This document shows positions 10,438-20,815 of a stretch of DNA of 64,000 nucleotides, in pieces. The notes under the pieces were generated by a model that was not told the DNA's origin, ran no database searches, and saw only the letters and a program-made list of their open reading frames with translations. The stretch's first letter is position 1. Each line of letters opens with the position of its first letter. Made by a program: the position numbers and the translations under genes. The stretch is from Candidatus Multivoradales bacterium (GTDB lineage Bacteria; Acidobacteriota; Thermoanaerobaculia; Multivoradales; J023): positions 4,608,001 to 4,672,000 of the forward strand of contig CBDFLE010000006.1 of the NCBI GenBank assembly GCA_965248925.1. The letters run 5' to 3'.

Positions 10438-11050
10438 ATGTACCGAACGATGCTCATCGGCCTTGGTTTGTTCGCCTTCATCCCGACCGTGTTGGTGTTG
10501 TTCCTGCGCTTGCCATTCGGTGCCGGGCCTTCCTTGGCCTTGGGGGTAGGGGTGATTCTCGGCCATCGCCGGATTGCCGCTCATTAGGTGGCTAGGCACG
10601 GGGAGTATCGGTGCCTATGGTGCGGTCGTGGTGGCGAACAGCCGGTGAAGGTGCAAGTGCTGTCGCGCGACCGAACTTGGAGTATGGCGGCCTGCCGCGC
10701 CGAGCATGGCAAGTCGGCCGGTCGCCTGCTAGGTCATCTCCAGCACTACCGTCGGTGGATAGCCTTCGGCATCTTCGCGCCCCTGCTGCTCCTACTCGGT
10801 GGCACCCTGATGATCGCCCTGGGCCAGCCGATCGTCGAGCAAGGTTGGTTGCGTTTGATCTTCCGCACTGTGGTGGCAGCTACCGTGGTGACCGTTTCGC
10901 TGAGCTACTTCCGTGCCCTGCCCGACGAACCGCTGCGGTCTCCCCCTTCCACTCCACAACCTCTGCCTGTTGGGAATGGGTAACACCCTGTGAGTCTTTC
11001 GGCTGGTGGGGATCTGGTGGTTGGCCGGGGCATTGCGCCAGGCGTTGTAG
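10438..11050 (+). pseudogene. Degraded membrane protein gene (CxxC-containing)
   Basis: ATG 10438 frame is broken by in-frame TAG 10585-10587 and continues as ORF 10588; apparent frameshift near 10945 and in-frame TGA 10991-10993 inside a hydrophobic tail. Confidence 0.6.
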
Positions 11051-11077
11051 GGTGTGATATCATGCTATCATTTCCAG

Positions 11078-11326
11078 ATGGCGCAACTCCTCGTTCGCAG
11101 ACTAGACGATGATTTGAAGGACCGGCTGCAGCAACGCGCGCGCCGGCATGGGCGCAGCACTGAAGAAGAGGTGCGGGAGATCCTCCGCACTGTGGTGCTG
11201 AGGGAAGAAGATCCCGACGTACCGCTGGGCTCTCGCTTGGCGCTCCGATTTGCTCCGTTCCCTCTCGACCAAGAACTTCCCGAGCTGCGCGGTCAAGCGC
11301 CGAGACCGGCCGAGTTCGAATCGTGA
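11078..11326 (+). CDS. FitA-like ribbon-helix-helix antitoxin
   Basis: MAQLLVRRLDDDLKDRLQQRARRHGRSTEEEVREIL; overlaps the PIN toxin start. Confidence 0.88.
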   Translation: MAQLLVRRLDDDLKDRLQQRARRHGRSTEEEVREILRTVVLREEDPDVPLGSRLALRFAPFPLDQELPELRGQAPRPAEFES

Positions 11327-11742
11327 TTTTGCTGGATACCAACGTGTTGTCGGCGTTGATGCAGCAGAAGCCGGAAAAGGCCGTCATCGCCTGGCTCGAC
11401 CGTCAGCCGAGGGAATCGATTTGGACGACATCGATCACCGTCTTCGAAATTCGCTTCGGCCTAGAACTGCTCGCCGAAGGCAAGCGCCGGAGGTTTCTGG
11501 AGCAGGCCTTCTCTCGAGCGCTGGAAGAAGACTTCGAGCAGCGCATCGTCGTCTTCGACGCGCCAGCAGCAGCGGCTGCTGCCTCCGTTGCGGCCGCCGG
11601 TCGCCGAGAGGGGCGGCCGGTAGAGATCCGCGATGTGCAGATCGCTGGAATAGCCTTGGCCCGGAAGGCGACCTTGGCTACCCGCAATACTCGTCATTTC
11701 GCAGGGACAGGAGTCGATCTCGTCGATCCCTGGGCGGCATAG
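11323..11742 (+). CDS. vapC: VapC/FitB PIN-domain toxin
   Basis: MILLDTNVLS, ITVFEIRFG, DVQIAGIA and LATRNTRHF motifs. Confidence 0.92.
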   Translation: MILLDTNVLSALMQQKPEKAVIAWLDRQPRESIWTTSITVFEIRFGLELLAEGKRRRFLEQAFSRALEEDFEQRIVVFDAPAAAAAASVAAAGRREGRPVEIRDVQIAGIALARKATLATRNTRHFAGTGVDLVDPWAA

Positions 11743-11794
11743 TCAAAACTAGCAACGCCGTGGTTTCAAGTGCTGGTAGGTGACGAAACGCCGT

Positions 11795-13435
11795 TTACTG
11801 CGGCAGGGTGCGGTCTTCGACTTGGTCGCCAGTGGCTACCGCCAGCCGTGGCCGGTCTAGGGGATCCATATTTAGCCGCTGGTCGAGCAGCTTGGCGGCT
11901 TCCTCGAAGTGTTCGAAAGCCGCCTGTATCTGCACATCGCCCCGCGCGGTGACTAGGTGGGATGCCTCGAGGCCGAAGGCGGAGTTGAAGATGTCGCCGT
12001 GGATCTGGCGCTTGGCGAACTGGCGCAGCTCAGCATCGGCGAAGAACTCGTCGAGTTTTTCCGGCTTGGCGATTTCATGGTCGAGCAGCCATTGGCGGAA
12101 TTCGTCGGTCAGTTCGGCAGGCGGCTGCCAGGAGGTCTCATTGACTTCGGCCTTGCTCTGATAGTCGACCGCGAAGTCGAAGAAGGCGTTGCGGGCGTAG
12201 AGCAGCTGCAAGGTGGGGTCGGCGACTTTGGGCTTGACAACGATGTCGGGGGTGATACCGCCACCACCGTAGACCTTGCGGCCGATGTCGGTGCGATACT
12301 CGGGGCCGTTGTCCATCAATCCGGCGGCTTCTTCGTCATCGGCTTGGAAGTGGGTGTAGTAGTCATAGAAGGACGAGTAGTCGCGTTGGATCAGCCTGCC
12401 AGAAGGGGTGTAGTACTTGGCGGTGGTCAGGGCCACGCCGGAGCCGTAGGACAGATTGTAGACCGTCTGCACCAGTCCCTTGCCCCAGGTCGGTACGCCG
12501 ATCACCAATCCTATATCGTGATCTTGAATGGCGCCGGCCAAGATCTCGGCGGCCGAGGCGGTGCCGTGGTTGACCAACACTACGATTGGGATGGCGAGCG
12601 GAGTACTGTCAGCGTCGCCGAGGTAGTCCTGGTGCGAATCGGCGATCCGGCCGCGGGTCTCGACGATCCTCGAGGCGGTCGGCACGAACAGGTTGGATAC
12701 CGAAACGGTCTGATCGAGTAAGCCGCCGCCGTTGCTGCGCAAGTCGAGGATCAGCCGCTCCATGCCCTCGCTTTGCAGCTTGGTGACGGCGTCCTCGACC
12801 TCGCGGGAAGTCGAGCGCGAAAAATCGGTCAGCCGGAGGTAACCGGTGCGCGGATCCATCATGTAGGAGAAGCGCACCGTATTCTGCGGGATTTCAGCTC
12901 GGGTAATAGCCACCGCGAGAGGCTCATCAAGACTGCGCCGGGTAATGGTCAGGTTGACCTGAGTATCCTTGGGTCCCTTGAGCTTGCCAACCGCCTCGTC
13001 GAGTTCCATGGTGTCGGTGGGCTCACCCTCGATGGTACTGATGATGTCGCCGGCTCGCAGTCCGAGGCGCCAGGCCGGAGTGCCTTCGATCGGGCTGATC
13101 ACGGTCAGTTGGCCATTGCGCATGCTGACCAGGATGCCGAGCCCAAAGAAGCTGCCCTGCTGCCGCTCGCGCATCTCGAGATAGTCCTCGGGGCTGAGGA
13201 AATTGGTGTGCGGGTCGAGGGTGCGCAGCATGCCGCGGATCGATCCGTAGACCAATTCGCGATATTCGACCTCTTCGCCGTGCGCTTCGTGGGCGGTTTG
13301 TAGAATCTCAGTGAAGACCTTGATGCGGGCGCGGGTCTCGCCATCGACCGCCAACAAGTTGTCGCCCCAGAAAGCTCCGAAGAGGAGGGCGGAGAAGAAA
13401 AGAGCTGATGCGGTGTTGCGCCAAGGTTTCGACAT
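11795..13435 (-). CDS. ctpA: S41 family carboxy-terminal processing protease
   Basis: LDPHT, PDZ GLGI, LDLRSNGGG, TASAAEI, TWGKGLVQ and TTAKYYTPSGR motifs. Confidence 0.92.
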   Translation of the reverse strand: MSKPWRNTASALFFSALLFGAFWGDNLLAVDGETRARIKVFTEILQTAHEAHGEEVEYRELVYGSIRGMLRTLDPHTNFLSPEDYLEMRERQQGSFFGLGILVSMRNGQLTVISPIEGTPAWRLGLRAGDIISTIEGEPTDTMELDEAVGKLKGPKDTQVNLTITRRSLDEPLAVAITRAEIPQNTVRFSYMMDPRTGYLRLTDFSRSTSREVEDAVTKLQSEGMERLILDLRSNGGGLLDQTVSVSNLFVPTASRIVETRGRIADSHQDYLGDADSTPLAIPIVVLVNHGTASAAEILAGAIQDHDIGLVIGVPTWGKGLVQTVYNLSYGSGVALTTAKYYTPSGRLIQRDYSSFYDYYTHFQADDEEAAGLMDNGPEYRTDIGRKVYGGGGITPDIVVKPKVADPTLQLLYARNAFFDFAVDYQSKAEVNETSWQPPAELTDEFRQWLLDHEIAKPEKLDEFFADAELRQFAKRQIHGDIFNSAFGLEASHLVTARGDVQIQAAFEHFEEAAKLLDQRLNMDPLDRPRLAVATGDQVEDRTLPQ

Positions 13436-13572
13436 CTCTCCATCTTATCAAATCACGCGGGCCGGGCGAGGAAGCTGGTCTCACCAAGCGGTCGACCCAT
13501 ACCGGCAAGCCCGGACTTCGCCTTGACTTAGAGCGCTCCGCGCTGGGATGATCCGGCAGAGGTTACCCAAGT

Positions 13573-13974
13573 ATGTTTGGCTCTCTTGGTGGTCCCGAAC
13601 TCATCTTCATTCTGATCGTTGCGCTGCTGATCTTCGGCCCGCGCAAGCTGCCCGAGATTGGCCGCACCCTGGGCAAGGGGCTTGGCGAGTTCCGCCGGGC
13701 CACCAATGAGCTCAAGCGCACTCTCAATGCCGAGATGATCGAGGACGAGCTACGGCAGAGCGATCCGCGGCGGATCTTGAAGGACGAAATCGACAAGTCG
13801 GTGAGGGTGAGCGGTGAACCGGTCGCTGGTGACGGCGCCGCCGAGGCGGCCGAGCAGGGCGAAGCCCCGGCGGCCGATGGGCCGGTAGCGCGCGGCCAAC
13901 TCGATGCAGCAGCCACCGCTGGGGCCGAAGGGGCTGGAATTGAGGCCGAAACAGCGGATGGCGAGACCTCGTGA
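13573..13974 (+). CDS. Twin-arginine translocase TatA/TatB subunit
   Basis: ELIFILIVALLIFGPRKLPEIGRTLGKGLGEFRRA; upstream of tatC. Confidence 0.9.
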   Translation: MFGSLGGPELIFILIVALLIFGPRKLPEIGRTLGKGLGEFRRATNELKRTLNAEMIEDELRQSDPRRILKDEIDKSVRVSGEPVAGDGAAEAAEQGEAPAADGPVARGQLDAAATAGAEGAGIEAETADGETS

Positions 13975-14777
13975 ACGAGCAGATACCGCCAGCTGGCGGG
14001 CTGAGCGGCCGGGTAGAGGAACTTTCCCGGATGGGTCTCCTCGACCACCTCGATGAGTTGCGCAAGCGGCTGCTCTACGCGGTCTTGGCCTTCGTGGTGG
14101 CCTTCTTGGGCTGTTGGAGTTTCAGCGGCCAGATCTACGACTTCTTGGCCCAGCCGATCTACTCCATTCTTCCAGAGGGCAAGAAGCTAGTTTATTTGGA
14201 TGTGATTGCCCCGTTCATGGTCTATATCAAGACCGCGGCTTTGGCCGGTATTTTCCTGGCGTCGCCGGTGATGCTCTACCAGCTTTGGGCCTTTGTGGCG
14301 CCGGGTCTCTATCGCAACGAGCGTCGCATGGCGGTGCCTTTCATCTTCTTTGGCTCGCTGTTGTTCTTGGCCGGCGGGGCGTTTGCGTACTACATCGCCT
14401 TTCCACTAGCGGTGGAATTCCTGATCGGCATGGGGGCAGAATTCGAAGCGTCGATCACCGTCTCGAGCTATCTGAGTTTCTTGATGACGGTGATCCTGGG
14501 GCTCGGGGTGATGTTCGAGCTGCCGACCTTGATCTTCCTGCTGGCCAAGATCGGAGTGGTGACGCCGCGATTCCTGCTCCGTCACTTCCGCTGGGCGGTG
14601 TTGATCATCTTCGTGGTCGCGGCGGTGATCACCCCAACTCCGGATGTGATCAACCTGTGCGTCTTTGCCCTGCCGACCATCGCCCTGTACCTGGTGGGGG
14701 TGGGGGTTGCCTGGGTGGTGGTCCCCGACGAGAGCAAATCTCAAGCCGAGCAGCCCCCGGCGGCTGACGCCGACTAA
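13971..14777 (+). CDS. tatC: Twin-arginine translocase subunit TatC
   Basis: HLDELRKRL, YQLWAFVAPGLY, FELP and AAVITPTPD motifs. Confidence 0.95.
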   Translation: MNEQIPPAGGLSGRVEELSRMGLLDHLDELRKRLLYAVLAFVVAFLGCWSFSGQIYDFLAQPIYSILPEGKKLVYLDVIAPFMVYIKTAALAGIFLASPVMLYQLWAFVAPGLYRNERRMAVPFIFFGSLLFLAGGAFAYYIAFPLAVEFLIGMGAEFEASITVSSYLSFLMTVILGLGVMFELPTLIFLLAKIGVVTPRFLLRHFRWAVLIIFVVAAVITPTPDVINLCVFALPTIALYLVGVGVAWVVVPDESKSQAEQPPAADAD

Positions 14778-14815
14778 GCATCAGCCAACTCGGTGTCTGC
14801 CAGCCAAGAACTCAC

Positions 14816-16648
14816 TCAGCGGCTACCTAGGGCAGCCTCGGCGCTCGCGGTGGGCGCTGGCGCCGGATCAGAGCCGACATCGATTTCCAGATTGATGGTG
14901 GCGTCGGTGCGTGCCAGGTGGTCGCGCAAACCGATCGAGATCCGCTTCGGACCAGCGCCCAATTCCAATTTCAGAGGGTAGGCGGCTGACTGCGACAAGG
15001 CCGCCAGAATCTGCTCGTTGGGTATCTGGATCGGTAGCTCAATGCGCCGCATCGGTGACATGCCGCCATTCGGATCGCGCACCACCACGTACATCGAGAC
15101 GCGGCCACTGTGGTGCTCTTCTTCCGGCAGTAGCAGCAGGCGGCTGAAGGGAATCTTGACCAGCACCGAAACTAGGAACTGCCCTTTTTTCTCACCCGGA
15201 TGATGCTGGCCAGGGTCGAGTTCGATTCCGAGAGGGTTGTCGACGGTGCCGTAGTGGCAGGCCGCCAAGGTGAGTTGGGATAGGTGCTCCAGTGGATCTT
15301 TCTGCTTGTAGCCCTTCATATGCCGCACCGACAGCCTGCGGCCGCGGACCTTGATCTTGAGCTTGCGAAAAGACTCGTTCTCACCGTCCGCCAGCTTCTG
15401 GGGGCTATAACCCAGCGAGTAAAAGGTGCGGAAGTCGTGTTTCACCGCTTCGAGTAGTTTGCCGATGTTGGTGGTGTTGGTGAATGCCAAGCCGCCAGTG
15501 TCGGCCGCCATCTGCAGCAAGCTGGCTTGGCGCAGCGTCTGATCCAGGCTGGCGACATCGGAGGTGCGGACTCCCCGTGATGAACTGCCGCTACCACCCG
15601 AGAACTCCGCCGACACATGGCTACCGACGATGCCGCTGTCTTTGGCCGAGATTGGGTAAAACGCCACCCGGTTGCTGCTGGCGCGCTCGGTGAGGTCTGT
15701 GAAAGACTTACTGAGGTCGAGATCGAGACTGATCAGGTTGCTCACCTCGCCCACCATGGTGGTTCGGCCGTTGTCCAAGGCCCAATCTTCGAATTTGTTC
15801 AGCCAGGACTGCGCCAGCGGGCCGGATGGGCGCATCGAGATGCCGTCGCTGACATAGAGAATCGCCTTGCGGCCGGGCAGCCCGGCCAGGCTGTCGGAAA
15901 ATTCGCCGAGAATCTCGGTCGTTCCTTTGCCCCGCCGGTAGAGTTGATCGGAGATTTGCCGCACATCGCGGGCGGTTTTCAAGGCGCGGGATTCGGTGTA
16001 CTCGGGGGAAGTGCTGTCGAGACTAAGGCCGCCGCCGCCGCTGCTGTACAGCGGGATATTCTCCATCTCGCGTAGCAGAATGCGGACCTGGGAGTCGATC
16101 CGGTTGCCCTTGCCGACCGCTTTCTCAAGCCTGCCGAGGGAGCTGGCCAACACCGCCGCGTCGGCGGTGAACTCGTGGACTACTTCCAACCGATCGTCGA
16201 GACTGACCAGCATGACCTGATCGTCGGCGGCCAGGCCGCCTTCCAGATAGGTGCGCAGGTTGGCGAAAATCTGGTTACGAGTCTGGGGCTTGATGTTGGC
16301 ATTGTCGACGAAAATCACCAGACTGAGTTGGCGGGTTTCGGGTTCCGGCGCCAGCCCTTGCTCGCCAACGGCCGCTGGGTCGTCGACGATGGCGCGCTGA
16401 TCTTCGATGGCGAAGAAGTTGGTGATCTCGACTGGCTGGCCATTTTCGAACAGCTCGAAATCGTCGCGTCTGAGCCCCTTCACCGGCTGGCCATCTTTGT
16501 CGGTCACCAACACTTCGACGTTGACCACGTTGATATCGACGGTGTCGAAGAACAACCCACTAGCGGGGTCTTGAGCGCTGCTGACTGGGCTCACTACCAG
16601 TAATGCCGTAGTCGAGATCAGAATTTGTCGAAGGCTTTTCCGGTCCAT
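14816..16648 (-). CDS. VWA (acidobacterial VWFA-related) domain protein
   Basis: VNVEVLVTDKDGQPVKGL...DFELFENG, LPGRKAILYVSDG, AADTGG and YSLGY motifs. Confidence 0.85.
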   Translation of the reverse strand: MDRKSLRQILISTTALLVVSPVSSAQDPASGLFFDTVDINVVNVEVLVTDKDGQPVKGLRRDDFELFENGQPVEITNFFAIEDQRAIVDDPAAVGEQGLAPEPETRQLSLVIFVDNANIKPQTRNQIFANLRTYLEGGLAADDQVMLVSLDDRLEVVHEFTADAAVLASSLGRLEKAVGKGNRIDSQVRILLREMENIPLYSSGGGGLSLDSTSPEYTESRALKTARDVRQISDQLYRRGKGTTEILGEFSDSLAGLPGRKAILYVSDGISMRPSGPLAQSWLNKFEDWALDNGRTTMVGEVSNLISLDLDLSKSFTDLTERASSNRVAFYPISAKDSGIVGSHVSAEFSGGSGSSSRGVRTSDVASLDQTLRQASLLQMAADTGGLAFTNTTNIGKLLEAVKHDFRTFYSLGYSPQKLADGENESFRKLKIKVRGRRLSVRHMKGYKQKDPLEHLSQLTLAACHYGTVDNPLGIELDPGQHHPGEKKGQFLVSVLVKIPFSRLLLLPEEEHHSGRVSMYVVVRDPNGGMSPMRRIELPIQIPNEQILAALSQSAAYPLKLELGAGPKRISIGLRDHLARTDATINLEIDVGSDPAPAPTASAEAALGSR

Positions 16649-16924
16649 GAGTCTCCTCCTGCGAGCAATGCTCAGTACGCTCCATTGAGCGATGTTCGGC
16701 GCGAGCGCACAACCCTACCAGCAGGTCAGCCGTCGCTTTGCGTTGCAGGGGTTGGCGCCGAGCTTACGAGCCGATCAGGTGCCGCCAGGCATCTGGGCAC
16801 GGTGCCCAGCTTATTCCTAGGTGCTGACTAAATAGTAGGCTAGGTCTTGGCGCCGAATCGGCAAGCTCGTCCCCGTAGAGTGACGATTCGACACCGGCGG
16901 CCGCAAGGTCGCGCACCTGCTCGC

Positions 16925-18757
16925 TCAGCCGCCGCCGAGAGGGTCGGCATTCGGCGCGGCGCTTGCACCGACATCGATTTCCAGATTGATCGTCGAGTCG
17001 ACTTGCGCCAGCTGATCGCGCAGACCGATAGAGATCCGCTTGGGCCCGGCGCCCAACTCAAGCTCGAAAGGGTAAGCGGCGAGGCGATCACTGGTGTCCT
17101 GAAGGCTCTTGTTGGGCACCTGGATGGGCAACTCGATGTGGCGCATCGGTGAGCTGCCGCCGGCCGGATCGCGGGCGATGACGAACATCGAGATCCGGCC
17201 TTGGTAGTACCTATCGTCGGGTAGCAGCAGGAGATGGCTGAAGGGTATCTTGACCATCACGGAAATCCGGAACTGGCCGCTCTTTTCTCCCGGGCGGTGC
17301 TTGCCAGGATCGAGTTGGGCCGCCAGGGGGTTATCGACCACACCGTATTGGCTGGCCGCCAGGGTAAGTTGCCGCAGGTGGTCGAGAGAGTCTTTCTGGC
17401 GTAACCCCTTGGCGTGGCGAACCTTCCATCCTTTGCCACTGACCTTGACCTCGAGCCGGCGAAAACGGTCCTTCTGCCCCTCGACGATGGCCTCCGCGGT
17501 GTAGCCTAAAGAGTAGAAGTTGCTGAAATCATGCTTCACCGTGTCGATCAGCTTGCCGATGTTGGTGGAGCTGGTCAGGGCCACGCCGCCGGTGTCGTGG
17601 GCAAGTTGCAGCAGGCTGCTCTGGCGCAGGTTCTCGTCCAAGCTGGAGACATCGGCGCTGCGCACCCCGACCACCGAGGTGGCGAGTAGGCCGTCCCCTG
17701 AGAACTCGGCCGAGACATGGCCGCCCACGAAGCCGCTTTCCTTGGCCGAGATTGGATAGAAAGACACTTGATGGCTGTTGGCTTCTCGGGCGAGTTTGTC
17801 GAAGGCGCTACTCAGGTCGAGGTCCATCCGCACCAAGCTGCCCACCTCGCTGGTGAGAGTGCGCCGATCGTGGTTCAGCGCCCAACTCTCGAATTTATTC
17901 AGCCACGATTGCACCAGGGCGTCGGAAGGGCGCAAGGAGATGCCGTCGCTGACGTAGAGGATTGCTTTGCGACCGCGCAAGCCGGCCAGACTGGCGGCGA
18001 ACTGGCCCAAGACCTCAGTGGTGGCCTTGCCCCGGGCATAGAGTTGTTCGGCCAGGAAGCGCATATCGCGAGCGGTCTTGAGAGCTCTGGCTTCGGTGTA
18101 GTCCTCTTTGGTCACGTCGAGGTCGGTGTTGGTTAGCAGCGGTGTGGTTTCCATCTCGCGCAGAAGGATCCGCAACGGCATCTCCACCCGCACATTGCCG
18201 CCGACCCTGAGTTCCAACTGGTCCAACGAAGCCGCCAGCCGGTCGGCGTCGGAAGTGAATTCGTGGATGATCTCGAGTCGGTCGTCGAGCTTCACCAGCA
18301 TCACACGATCGTCGTCCGCCAAGTCGGCGGCGAGATATCGCCGCAGATTGGCGAAGATCACGTTGCGAGTCTTGGGCTTGATATTGGAATCGTCGATGAA
18401 GATGACCAGATTCAGCTGATGAGTTTCCGGCCCCTGCGCGGCGGGCTGACTGTCGTTGGCTAACTCAATGTCGTCCAACTCCGGGCCAAGTATCTTGAGG
18501 TCGCGGGTCGCCTGCTGGTTTTCGACCGCGAAGAAGTTGCTGATCTCGACTGGCTCGCCGTTCTCGAACAGAGTGAAGTCTGCTGGGGTCAGTCCGGTGA
18601 CCGGCTGGCCCTGCGCATCGGTGACCATCACATCGACATTGATGATGTTGATGTCGACGCTGTCGAAAAAGAGACTGGTGGATGTCTGCTGCGGTTCAGC
18701 GTTGGCGACCGATGCCAGCAGCCAGGCGATGGCCAGAGCAGAACGGAGCTTGAGCAT
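16925..18757 (-). CDS. VWA domain protein, tandem paralog of 14816-16648
   Basis: Same length (610 aa) and collinear motifs with the neighbour. Confidence 0.85.
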   Translation of the reverse strand: MLKLRSALAIAWLLASVANAEPQQTSTSLFFDSVDINIINVDVMVTDAQGQPVTGLTPADFTLFENGEPVEISNFFAVENQQATRDLKILGPELDDIELANDSQPAAQGPETHQLNLVIFIDDSNIKPKTRNVIFANLRRYLAADLADDDRVMLVKLDDRLEIIHEFTSDADRLAASLDQLELRVGGNVRVEMPLRILLREMETTPLLTNTDLDVTKEDYTEARALKTARDMRFLAEQLYARGKATTEVLGQFAASLAGLRGRKAILYVSDGISLRPSDALVQSWLNKFESWALNHDRRTLTSEVGSLVRMDLDLSSAFDKLAREANSHQVSFYPISAKESGFVGGHVSAEFSGDGLLATSVVGVRSADVSSLDENLRQSSLLQLAHDTGGVALTSSTNIGKLIDTVKHDFSNFYSLGYTAEAIVEGQKDRFRRLEVKVSGKGWKVRHAKGLRQKDSLDHLRQLTLAASQYGVVDNPLAAQLDPGKHRPGEKSGQFRISVMVKIPFSHLLLLPDDRYYQGRISMFVIARDPAGGSSPMRHIELPIQVPNKSLQDTSDRLAAYPFELELGAGPKRISIGLRDQLAQVDSTINLEIDVGASAAPNADPLGGG

Positions 18758-18943
18758 TGCTTGTCTCCTGCTGTCGTCGTCGGCGAAGCAGCTGGAGTGT
18801 CGCCGCGACGCGATGTAGGTCCAATTCAGAAGTTGTGTTGTTGATACTAGGCCAAGGGGGTCTGCCGTGGTGGCAATCTCATCCCCGCAGAGCGACGACT
18901 TAGCACCGCTTGCGGGGCTACAGCTCTCGTCCGGACCCGGTGC

Positions 18944-20815
18944 TCAGGGGACGAAAACACCATCGAGGCAGAGATCGTCGCCGGCAACGGCGCTCGCCGC
19001 GACACTGTAGCGACCTTCGGCGTTGAAGACCGGAATGGCGACGGCTTGGCGCCGCAGAGTGACGGCTGCCGCCCCTGCCGGTGCCGTCTGCAGGATCTCG
19101 AACGCCAGACTGCCGGCGGCGCCACCGACCGGCAGTGCGCTGCTGCCCACTTCGATGCGGCGCACGAACCGGCCCGCGGCCAGCTCGCCTTGAGAGACCA
19201 CTAGGCCGGATTCAGCGTACTCGGTCCAGCGCCAGGTCCAATCCTCGCTACCGGGGCAGGCGGCGGCACAAGCAAAGGGGGCGCTGGACCGTCCCTCGGT
19301 CCACAGCAGCAGGTCGGTGCCGCCGTCGAAAGCGCCGCCGCTGAGGAAGCGAGCGGTCGGCCGTGAGCCCAGCGGCAAGCGTCGATCTCCTCGGTCGCCG
19401 CCGTAGAAGCTGGGGAAGCCCCAAGTGGTGAAACGGTCGCGGGCAGCCGGCAAGGCGATGGCGTCGATTCCTTGAGCTGAGTCGTCAGCCGATTCGGCAT
19501 AGAAAACTTCGGCGGCGAGCACATTGCGAAAGTCGGCCAAGCCGTCGCTGCCGTTGCCGCCAGCGCTAGCGAAGTATCCACTCTGGGTCGGATCGAGGGT
19601 GGTGGAGGCACAGCGGCGGACGCTGTCGACGGTCAGATAGCCGGTCGCCAAGTTCGTTTGGCCGCGGTCGCTGCCACGGCATAGGCCGTCAGCGGGGTCA
19701 GGCCGGCCGGTGAGCTGGGCCTGCAGGGTGGCCAAGGCGGCAGCGTCGAGCAGCGGTAGCTCTAGCGGGATCGAGCAATCCGCAAATGGAGTTTGGGTCG
19801 ACGGCGCGCTGAGCGGCAAATGACCATTGACGACCACATCTCGCAAGTTCAGTGGCCGAGTTTCTCGACCTGCCAGGTAAAGATCGAAAGCGAGCACCGG
19901 CAAGCCACAGTCACTCCACAAGGTCAGACGCGCCAAGGCGGGCGTGGGCTCGGTGTTGTCGATCGAAACCAGCGTTGTTCTGCCATCCAGGCGTGCCATA
20001 TCGACCTCTATCCAGGGCACTAGCAGCGAGGCGGCGGGGGCCTTGTCGCGGCGGCAGCCAAGGGGCTCGGCGGCTGGCTCGTAGGCTTCTCCAAGTAGGA
20101 ACTCGAATCCCTGCACCATGCTCTCAAGGGGCCAATTGCTGTGGCCGAAACCGGCTCTGATGTCTTCTTCGAAGGGTAGGCCGAGAGCCAGCCATTGATC
20201 TCGCAGACGACTGTAGGAAGTGCCGGTGTAGTTCGGGTCGGTGGTGCCGTAGTACATCCGCAGCGGCGCGGTGTGCTCAGGATCGGCAAAACCGCCGATG
20301 GTGGTGAAGGGCGACGACATCGAGAACACAGCGCTCCAATTGCCGCTGGCCAGATAAGCTCGTTGCAAGGCGTAGGCCCCTCCCGCCGAATGTCCGGCAA
20401 GGGCGGTGTGTCGAGGATCGATGCGGATCTGGCGACCGAGCAGCTGCACCGCCTGGCGCAGGGTTTCGTCGTCATTGCCGAAGCCCCAACCCAGCGAGCT
20501 CAGCGATTTAGGCAGCAATAGGGCACAGCCGGCCAGATCGGCGGCCGGCTCGACGAAAGGCTCGTAGACCTCGGGGGTGCCGCCACTGCCGTGCAAGAAC
20601 ACCACCAGCGGTACCGGCCGAGCGAGATCCAAAGCAGGTGGTACGTACCACTCGGCGTAGCTGCCGGTGGCCGGCAATTCCAGCCTTTGCCAGCCGTCCG
20701 GCCGTTGCCCGGCCACGGGTAGCGAGGTGGCCAAGAAGAGCAGGGCCGCCAGTAGCAGCCGACCGAGGAGCCAAGGGCGCAGGACTCCGGGTTGATGCTC
20801 TGGTGGCTGGTTCAT
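18944..20815 (-). CDS. Secreted alpha/beta hydrolase (esterase-like) fused to an uncharacterised C-terminal domain
   Basis: VVFLHGSGG, GHSAGG nucleophile motif, GTTD and GFGH; ATG 20815 overlaps the upstream stop. Confidence 0.75.
   Translation of the reverse strand: MNQPPEHQPGVLRPWLLGRLLLAALLFLATSLPVAGQRPDGWQRLELPATGSYAEWYVPPALDLARPVPLVVFLHGSGGTPEVYEPFVEPAADLAGCALLLPKSLSSLGWGFGNDDETLRQAVQLLGRQIRIDPRHTALAGHSAGGAYALQRAYLASGNWSAVFSMSSPFTTIGGFADPEHTAPLRMYYGTTDPNYTGTSYSRLRDQWLALGLPFEEDIRAGFGHSNWPLESMVQGFEFLLGEAYEPAAEPLGCRRDKAPAASLLVPWIEVDMARLDGRTTLVSIDNTEPTPALARLTLWSDCGLPVLAFDLYLAGRETRPLNLRDVVVNGHLPLSAPSTQTPFADCSIPLELPLLDAAALATLQAQLTGRPDPADGLCRGSDRGQTNLATGYLTVDSVRRCASTTLDPTQSGYFASAGGNGSDGLADFRNVLAAEVFYAESADDSAQGIDAIALPAARDRFTTWGFPSFYGGDRGDRRLPLGSRPTARFLSGGAFDGGTDLLLWTEGRSSAPFACAAACPGSEDWTWRWTEYAESGLVVSQGELAAGRFVRRIEVGSSALPVGGAAGSLAFEILQTAPAGAAAVTLRRQAVAIPVFNAEGRYSVAASAVAGDDLCLDGVFVP

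Noticed and set aside
10585-10993. Pyrrolysine/selenocysteine readthrough or an alternative genetic code
   Set aside because: TAG and TGA are normal stops elsewhere in the window and a frameshift is also present, so decay is the simpler explanation
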